The position numbers were made by a program, and so were the translations under genes. A model generated the notes under the pieces. The model was not told the DNA's origin, searched no databases, and saw nothing but the letters and a program-made list of their open reading frames with translations. From a virus, in the IMG/VR virus record IMGVR_UViG_3300045988_020044, positions 1-45,657 of that record: a DNA stretch of 45,657 nt. One strand, written 5' to 3'. This document shows, piece after piece, positions 40,539 to 45,657 of this stretch (its first letter is position 1; each line of letters starts with the position of its first letter).

Positions 40539-41969
40539 ATGACAAATGAACAGAAAGCCGTCCTGAGAAAGATAATCTACGCAGTCGAAACCGGCGGACA
40601 GGTTTACGGACAACAGGATTATTCGGACTTCACGGAAGCCTATGAGAATAATTCAGATGAACACGCAATCACGATTGGAGCAGGAGCATGGTACGCAACC
40701 GAAGCCAAGACGCTTCTGGAGCGGATTTACGATGCTGACCCGGAACAGTGGGAGAAGATAGACAAGGTCAGACTTTTAGAACAAGTTCAGACCGCAAATT
40801 GGGAATGCTTTAATATTTCCAGAGTGTCACAGCTTGCCGACACCATAATTGCCCTTATTTCGTCCAAAATTGGCGTTAAATGCCAAGATAGCCTTATGGA
40901 TGAACAATTAGCCACCTATGCAGATGAAGCCCTTAAACAGGGCGTTACTGACGCCAGAGCGCAAGCTATGTGTGTGAACTTTAGGCACCAAGGTGGGCAG
41001 GGAGCAGTAACAAGGATTTTAGCAAAGACCCAGAAACCATATACACTCGATAATCTCTATGCAGCCTGCCAGACGGACACAGGGAATCAAGTGGGAGTAT
41101 ATAAGGACAGGCAGAGATTTGTTTATAACGCATTAAAAACATATTTTCCAGAAAGTGAGGATAAGAGCATGAACGCAATTGACAAATTAATCCGGATTGC
41201 AAAAAACGAAATCGGATATCTTGAAAAAGCAAGCAATAGTCAGCTCGACAGCAAGACGGCAAACGCCGGAGAAAATAATTATACAAAATACTGGCGAGAT
41301 ATTAAGCCGGATTATCAGGGGCAGCCCTGGTGCGCAGCGTTTATCTCCTGGTGTTTCATGAAAGCTTTTGGTCTGGATAATGCAAAGAAACTCTTAAAGC
41401 ACTGGCCGTATGTATACTGCCCAACCTTAGGCGTATTATTTGTAAAGAATGCCAATCCAAAAGTTGGAGATATTGTTATCTTTAAACATGGCGGTACCTT
41501 TACCCATACCGGCTTTGTAACAAAAGTAGCCGGAGACAGATTCTGGACGATTGAGGGAAATACTTCCGGAGCATCCGGTATCGTGGCAAATGGTGGCGGG
41601 GTCTGCCAGAAAAGTTACTACAACAGCAACCTCCCGGGAACAAAATTCTGCACTCCAAACTACAGTTTAGTTAAAAATACAGCATCAACTTCGGACTCTG
41701 ATGTAGTCAAAAAGCAGAACACAAGAGCCTACATTGCGCAGATTAAAAAAGACACAAAATGTTATACAAAATCAAACAAAAATAGCCCATCTAAACTGTT
41801 TCCGAAGCTGAAAAAAGGTGCAGTTGTAGAGGTAATGAAATACACCGAAACAGACAGTTCCGGGCTGAAATGGTACTTCGTCAGAATCCCGTACCCGAAT
41901 GATGATGGGTTCGTATTTGAGTTTGTCCCGAAGGGCGTATTTACCAGAATTTCAAAAATTTATAAATAA
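40539..41969 (+). CDS. endolysin: unknown N-terminal domain, CHAP amidase/peptidase domain, SH3b-like C-terminus
   Basis: CHAP motifs QPWCAAFISWCF, FTHTGFV and IEGNTS. C-terminal KKGAVVEVMKY...WYFVRIP is SH3-like. Confidence 0.85.
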   Translation: MTNEQKAVLRKIIYAVETGGQVYGQQDYSDFTEAYENNSDEHAITIGAGAWYATEAKTLLERIYDADPEQWEKIDKVRLLEQVQTANWECFNISRVSQLADTIIALISSKIGVKCQDSLMDEQLATYADEALKQGVTDARAQAMCVNFRHQGGQGAVTRILAKTQKPYTLDNLYAACQTDTGNQVGVYKDRQRFVYNALKTYFPESEDKSMNAIDKLIRIAKNEIGYLEKASNSQLDSKTANAGENNYTKYWRDIKPDYQGQPWCAAFISWCFMKAFGLDNAKKLLKHWPYVYCPTLGVLFVKNANPKVGDIVIFKHGGTFTHTGFVTKVAGDRFWTIEGNTSGASGIVANGGGVCQKSYYNSNLPGTKFCTPNYSLVKNTASTSDSDVVKKQNTRAYIAQIKKDTKCYTKSNKNSPSKLFPKLKKGAVVEVMKYTETDSSGLKWYFVRIPYPNDDGFVFEFVPKGVFTRISKIYK

Positions 41970-41973
41970 AAGC

Positions 41974-41995
41974 TCCCGGGGATAGCACCCCGGGA
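41974..41995 (+). terminator. hairpin after the endolysin gene (weak T-tract)
   Basis: Stem TCCCGGGG/CCCCGGGA with a 6-nt loop. Confidence 0.5.
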
Positions 41996-41996
41996 A

Positions 41997-42320
41997 TCAT
42001 GTTTCTTATAACATATTGTATCATTTCGTTTTGTAAATCCTATTAGTTCGTTGGACACACGTTAGTCACAAATAAAAAAAATCATTTCCTAACTGAATAT
42101 CCTCTAAAGTACTGTATTTAAAGGACTTTCTGACATTTGCATAGTTCTAATTAATGCCCTAATTGAATACAATTAGAATAATGAAAATGAAATGTGGGAA
42201 ATCCTTGCAAAATCGCTGAAAACGTTGATTTTAATAGGGTTTCCGGCATTTCGATAATGATATTTCGGTTGTTTTAGAAAGATTAAAATAGGTTCCGTTA
42301 GTCACAGTTAGTCACAAATG
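41997..42320. other. putative attP region with GTTAGTCACA repeats
   Basis: AT-rich non-coding DNA next to int. GTTAGTCACA at 42061, 42297 and 42307. TAATTG-aata-CAATTA dyad at about 42161-42176. Confidence 0.35.
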
Positions 42321-43476
42321 GAACTTTTATCTTTTCTATTTCTGTCCGAAGTTCTTCCAGTGTCCTGTGGCCGTACACAGCATTTGTAACATCTCCGCCA
42401 AAGGAGTGGCCGAGCATTCGCTTTCGGTCATTCTCACGGACGCCATATTTTTCACACAGTGCGGAAAAGGTGTGTCGACAGTCGTGTGGTGTGTGTTTCG
42501 GATCGCCGACTATTTTTAATCGTTCCAGTGTAGGATAGAATAATGCTTTTCTGTGGTGTTGCTGAGTATATACGCATAGTTTACCATCTTGTGTCAGTAC
42601 TTTCTGTTCGACAAAACGGTATATAGCAGAATGTATCGGAACAATTCTGTTTTTACCGGCTTTTGTTTTGATTCCACCTTGAAAGTATTTCTCTTCCAGG
42701 TTGGTTGTGAGTTTTAACACTTCCCCGATTCGCCAGCCAGAATAGCACATGATAAGAATGAGCTGCACTTCTGGATCGTCGGCATTATTCCACAGCACTT
42801 GCATCTCCTGATCAGAAAATGGCGTTCCATGTTCGGTGTCATTATCAGCGTTGACATGGACATATAACGCCTTATTTTCCGTTACGATTTCTGAGTAAAC
42901 AGCATATTTATACATCTGCTTGAACAGCGTAAGAATTGCCATAAGGCTCTGACGCTTTAACGGGCAGTCATCAATTACCTTTTGCAGATCAGGCGCTTTT
43001 AAATCCTCAAAGATACGATTGTACAGAGTCGTGCAGTTCGAGTAAGCGGTCTGGTAAGCTATTTTTGAACTATAAGAAAGTTTTGAACCCTCTGGAAATT
43101 TCCATGCGTAAAACTTCTTATATACCTCTGAAAACGTCAATTTCTTGATTTCCGGGTGTTTATCCTCGACACCCTTGATTGTGTTGTAGTCAGCAATCAA
43201 GCGGCTTATAAGAGCATCTATGTCGGTTGTAGGTGATATCTCAAGGTCTCGTTCCATCCCTGGCTGATATGTTCCTGCCTTGTATGCGGTCAGTACAGTA
43301 AATCCTTTAATCCAGTCGTCTACATAGCAGATTGCAGGCGGTCGGACGGGTTTTCCTGTTGCGTCCAGTGTAGCTGGCGGATGTACCGCAAAACAATTTC
43401 TCCGGTTCTTGCCAAGATACCGGATAGAGCCAAAGTTATTCGGCAGTTTTGGATATTTCTTTCTTTTCTTCGCCAT
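42298..43476 (-). CDS. int: tyrosine integrase
   Basis: RIGEVLKL (Arg), HTPHDCRHTF (His-x-x-Arg), MLGHS and VYGHRT (Tyr). AGAGGA SD before the internal ATG at 43476. Confidence 0.9.
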   Translation of the reverse strand: MAKKRKKYPKLPNNFGSIRYLGKNRRNCFAVHPPATLDATGKPVRPPAICYVDDWIKGFTVLTAYKAGTYQPGMERDLEISPTTDIDALISRLIADYNTIKGVEDKHPEIKKLTFSEVYKKFYAWKFPEGSKLSYSSKIAYQTAYSNCTTLYNRIFEDLKAPDLQKVIDDCPLKRQSLMAILTLFKQMYKYAVYSEIVTENKALYVHVNADNDTEHGTPFSDQEMQVLWNNADDPEVQLILIMCYSGWRIGEVLKLTTNLEEKYFQGGIKTKAGKNRIVPIHSAIYRFVEQKVLTQDGKLCVYTQQHHRKALFYPTLERLKIVGDPKHTPHDCRHTFSALCEKYGVRENDRKRMLGHSFGGDVTNAVYGHRTLEELRTEIEKIKVPFVTNCD

Positions 43477-43613
43477 TTTTATTCCTCTTTTCTTTAAGTG
43501 GTTGTTTTGAGTATAAAAATAACAGCCGAACAAATTTTCTGTCTTGTTCGACTGCTCCGAAGATGATACAATATGTTTTGCCAGAATATTACATTTCTTC
43601 GGAGATGTATAAA

Positions 43614-43650
43614 CGCCGTCTCGGTACGCCAATGCCGGGGCGGTTTTTTT
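43614..43650. terminator. GC-rich hairpin flanked by an A-run and a T7 run (orientation ambiguous)
   Basis: CGCCGTCTCGG...CCGGGGCGG followed by TTTTTTT on the plus strand. On the minus strand it follows the zinc-ribbon gene. Confidence 0.45.
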
Positions 43651-43652
43651 AT

Positions 43653-43952
43653 TTAATTATGTGATTTCCAATTTACTCTCATTACAATTCCTACAATCCA
43701 ATAAATTCCACCAGTGAAGATTCCTAAAATAAAAATCCAAAACCAACTTAAATACCATGGTATTTTCCGTTTTATATACGGCGCACCTGAACTTGCTGCT
43801 GAGGACGCAGAGGAAGATGCAGAATTGTTAATGATAATGTCTCTGTTGTTAGAAGTCAACTGCTCTACTTGTTTTCCACACTTAGGACACACTACACAGT
43901 CGCCGTCAATAAGTTCTCCGCAGTGCTTACAATATTTTTTCTTTTCATTCAT
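43653..43952 (-). CDS. zinc-ribbon membrane protein (99 aa), candidate prophage-expressed moron
   Basis: CKHCG...CVVCPKCG, a Ser/Ala-rich linker, then WYLSWFWIFILGIFTGGIYWIVGIV. GGAGGG SD. Confidence 0.65.
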   Translation of the reverse strand: MNEKKKYCKHCGELIDGDCVVCPKCGKQVEQLTSNNRDIIINNSASSSASSAASSGAPYIKRKIPWYLSWFWIFILGIFTGGIYWIVGIVMRVNWKSHN

Positions 43953-44411
43953 AATAAACACCCTCCTGATATGTTTTCGCCACACTTCGCACTTTTTATG
44001 CGGATTATGTATTTTGTACCGCTGATTTTGCAATATTATGTAAAGTACGGTTATTCGTGGTATTTTTATTTTATCATTTTAAGAGCATATTGTAAAGATT
44101 TAGAACGAAATAGAGTGATTTAGATGAAAAAGAAATGTTTTAAGTGCTTTGTACTTCTCTTGCTGATCTATAAGGTATTTAGTCTTGTACATACCCCACA
44201 AAAGATAATTTCCAATAATAATCAGAAAGATATGCAGATAGTTCATTCGTATACGGTATATCAAGACCATTCTGCCCAGAAGTATTCACATACAGACGGT
44301 GGCGGTGGAAAAGTTTGTAATCTCGCATTTTTCTTCTGTAGAAACATAATTTTCTTTGAGTTTGCAAAGTTCATGTATGAAATAACGAAAGTTCATGTAT
44401 ATCATTGGCAG

Positions 44412-44440
44412 TTGCCAAGAGTCGGAATAGGTGGTATAAT
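44412..44440 (+). promoter_or_regulatory. strong sigma70 promoter TTGCCA-17-(TGG)TATAAT
   Basis: -35 at 44412-17 and extended -10 at 44432-40. Preceded by a direct repeat AAAGTTCATGTAT at 44366 and 44388. Confidence 0.6.
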
Positions 44441-44528
44441 AGCAAAAGCGAACTAATGTTCGGTTCTATTTCCCACAGCCGGACATATACTGTAGTGTAA
44501 GCGGTAGTTGCGACAGGGAGGGCTATTT

Positions 44529-44645
44529 ATGGATTATAAGAAAGAGATTATTGAGATGGTTGAAAAATGTGATAATGAGGGCAAGTTAAAATTTGTCTAT
44601 ACGATTCTTATCAAATATCTAAAATCAAAGAAGCAAGGGGATTAA
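44529..44645 (+). CDS. small protein (38 aa) convergent with the repressor gene
   Basis: GGAGGG SD. MDYKKEIIEMVEKCDNEGKLKFVYTILIKYLKSKKQGD. Overlaps the repressor 3' end by 4 nt. Confidence 0.45.
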   Translation: MDYKKEIIEMVEKCDNEGKLKFVYTILIKYLKSKKQGD

Positions 44646-44986
44646 CCCTTGCTCTTTTTGTTTAATGATGAAACTATTTGTTTTATTGCTTTCTTATCTT
44701 CTTTATCGAGTGCTTTATATTCCTCGATAAAGTCTAAGACGTCAGGTTCTGACATAAGGTTTCCAATTATGGTTGCATAATCGTCATCGCTTTTAGAACC
44801 CACGAGATATGTCGGTGTTACTTCCAGAGCGCCGCATAGAAGTTCGATAGTGTCCATATCTGGTTTGCACTTATCTTTTTCCCAGTCACTAATTGAATTG
44901 TGTTTTACATTGATTTTTTCTGCGAGTTGTTTCTGAGTTAATTTCTTTGCTGTTCTGGCTTGCTTGATTTTCTCGCCAAATGTCAT
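44642..44986 (-). CDS. XRE-family (CI-like) repressor
   Basis: HTH KLTQKQLAEKINVKHNSISDWEKDK. AGGAGGA SD before ATG 44986. Divergent from the cro-like gene. Confidence 0.85.
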   Translation of the reverse strand: MTFGEKIKQARTAKKLTQKQLAEKINVKHNSISDWEKDKCKPDMDTIELLCGALEVTPTYLVGSKSDDDYATIIGNLMSEPDVLDFIEEYKALDKEDKKAIKQIVSSLNKKSKG

Positions 44987-45148
44987 TATCGATTTCCTCC
45001 TTTCATGATTAATAATAATATAGAAATTTCGAACTGTCAATAAAATAATTTCGATTTTCTCGAAATTTATTCTTGACATTCGAACATTTCGAAGTTATAC
45101 TGTAATTGTTCGATAGGAACGAAACTTAAATAGAAAGGAGAATTGAAA
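44987..45148. promoter_or_regulatory. immunity switch: divergent promoters with TTCGAA-type operator half-sites
   Basis: Rightward TTGACA (45073-78), 17 nt, TATACT (45096-101). Leftward TTGACA (rc of 45035-40), 17 nt, TATTAT (rc of 45012-17). AATTTCGA-N5-TCGAAATT at 45047-67. TTCGAA at 45028, 45079 and 45088. Confidence 0.7.
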
Positions 45149-45370
45149 ATGTGTGTTGGTAAGAAAATCAAGTCATACCTTGAGAATAACGGCATAACAC
45201 AGACATTCGTTGCCAACAAAACTGGTATTCCTGTTCAGAAGCTCAATCTTTCTCTCAATGGAAATCGCAAATTAGATTTCGATGAATACGAATTAATTTG
45301 TGGAGCATTATCTGTTGGAACCGATAAGTTTCTTGAACCAAGGCTGCCAGAACGGAAGGGAGCTGATTGA
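45149..45370 (+). CDS. Cro-like XRE HTH protein
   Basis: ITQTFVANKTGIPVQKLNLSLNG HTH. GGAG SD 8 nt upstream of ATG 45149. Confidence 0.75.
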   Translation: MCVGKKIKSYLENNGITQTFVANKTGIPVQKLNLSLNGNRKLDFDEYELICGALSVGTDKFLEPRLPERKGAD

Positions 45371-45395
45371 TTGAAACGTAAGGAGGTGAGAATAC

Positions 45396-45617
45396 ATGAA
45401 AGAAAAAACAGTTGCAGGACTTACAGACTATGCTTTAGAGATGCTTGGATATGATAAAGAAAAGATTCTCAAGGCAGTAGAAAATTGCGTAATGGCAATG
45501 GGAGAATTGACAATTGAAGAAAGTAAAGTTGCTCGTAAACATCTGGACTCCGTTATGGAAGAAATGTATAAGCGAAGTCCAGACACTTTGATAAGCACTA
45601 TTCAGCCTCGTTTATGA
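45396..45617 (+). CDS. hypothetical protein (73 aa)
   Basis: AAGGAGGTGA SD. The 3' end overlaps the wrapped leftward ORF by 20 nt. Confidence 0.6.
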   Translation: MKEKTVAGLTDYALEMLGYDKEKILKAVENCVMAMGELTIEESKVARKHLDSVMEEMYKRSPDTLISTIQPRL

Positions 45618-45657
45618 TTTTATTTTCTTTGGCAACAAAAGCATAAGCATAGTTATA
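45603..45657. repeat. second copy of the 55-bp terminal repeat
   Basis: Identical to 1-55. Confidence 0.95.

Noticed and set aside
44124-44456. Track ORF 44124..44456(+) (110 aa) and ORF 43449..43664(+)
   Set aside because: Neither has an SD, and both have implausible low-complexity sequence. They overlap promoter and terminator signals and the integrase 5' region.

Overview
The window is a complete, circularly closed temperate siphovirus-like phage genome of about 45.6 kb. Bases 1-55 are identical to 45603-45657. GGAGG-type Shine-Dalgarno sites and the family content suggest a Firmicutes/Clostridia host. All family names come from motifs read by eye in the supplied translations; no database search was run.

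Gene order:
- Lysogeny switch at the window ends: tyrosine integrase, zinc-ribbon membrane protein, XRE repressor and divergent Cro-like gene.
- 242-3514: an early region packed with very small membrane-peptide ORFs on both strands, plus a Bro-N antirepressor.
- 4404-8490: replication module (Sak4-like ATPase, DUF669-like, ERCC4 nuclease, Prim-Pol/VirE primase-helicase), followed by an iteron plus AT-rich putative origin.
- 8.7-13.5 kb: about 20 small early ORFs, including a LexA-like wHTH, a Lar-like restriction alleviation protein, DUF551, an RNAP alpha-CTD-like protein and a PD-(D/E)XK nuclease.
- 13.6-41.9 kb: late genes (TerS, TerL, portal, head morphogenesis, scaffold, capsid, connectors, tail, tape measure, 1602-aa Tal/receptor-binding protein, CHAP endolysin), then a putative attP.

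Most unusual points:
1. The tape measure gene is interrupted by an 899-nt group-I-intron-like element carrying an HNH homing endonuclease.
2. The head-morphogenesis gene is split by a different cassette: an antisense RHH regulator plus an HNH-AP2 endonuclease with back-to-back promoters. This looks free-standing rather than intronic.
3. A terminator-insulated five-gene block of compositionally odd proteins (Q-rich, N/G/Cys-rich membrane protein, C1q/BclA-like, R/D/Y-rich) is wedged between the head-morphogenesis and capsid modules.
4. A non-coding cluster holds three tRNA-like elements whose anticodon loops are all non-canonical.
5. Several conserved regulatory motifs recur: a late-promoter 15-mer, a conserved leader before the capsid, tail and lysin genes, and a conserved +1 element on leftward early transcripts.
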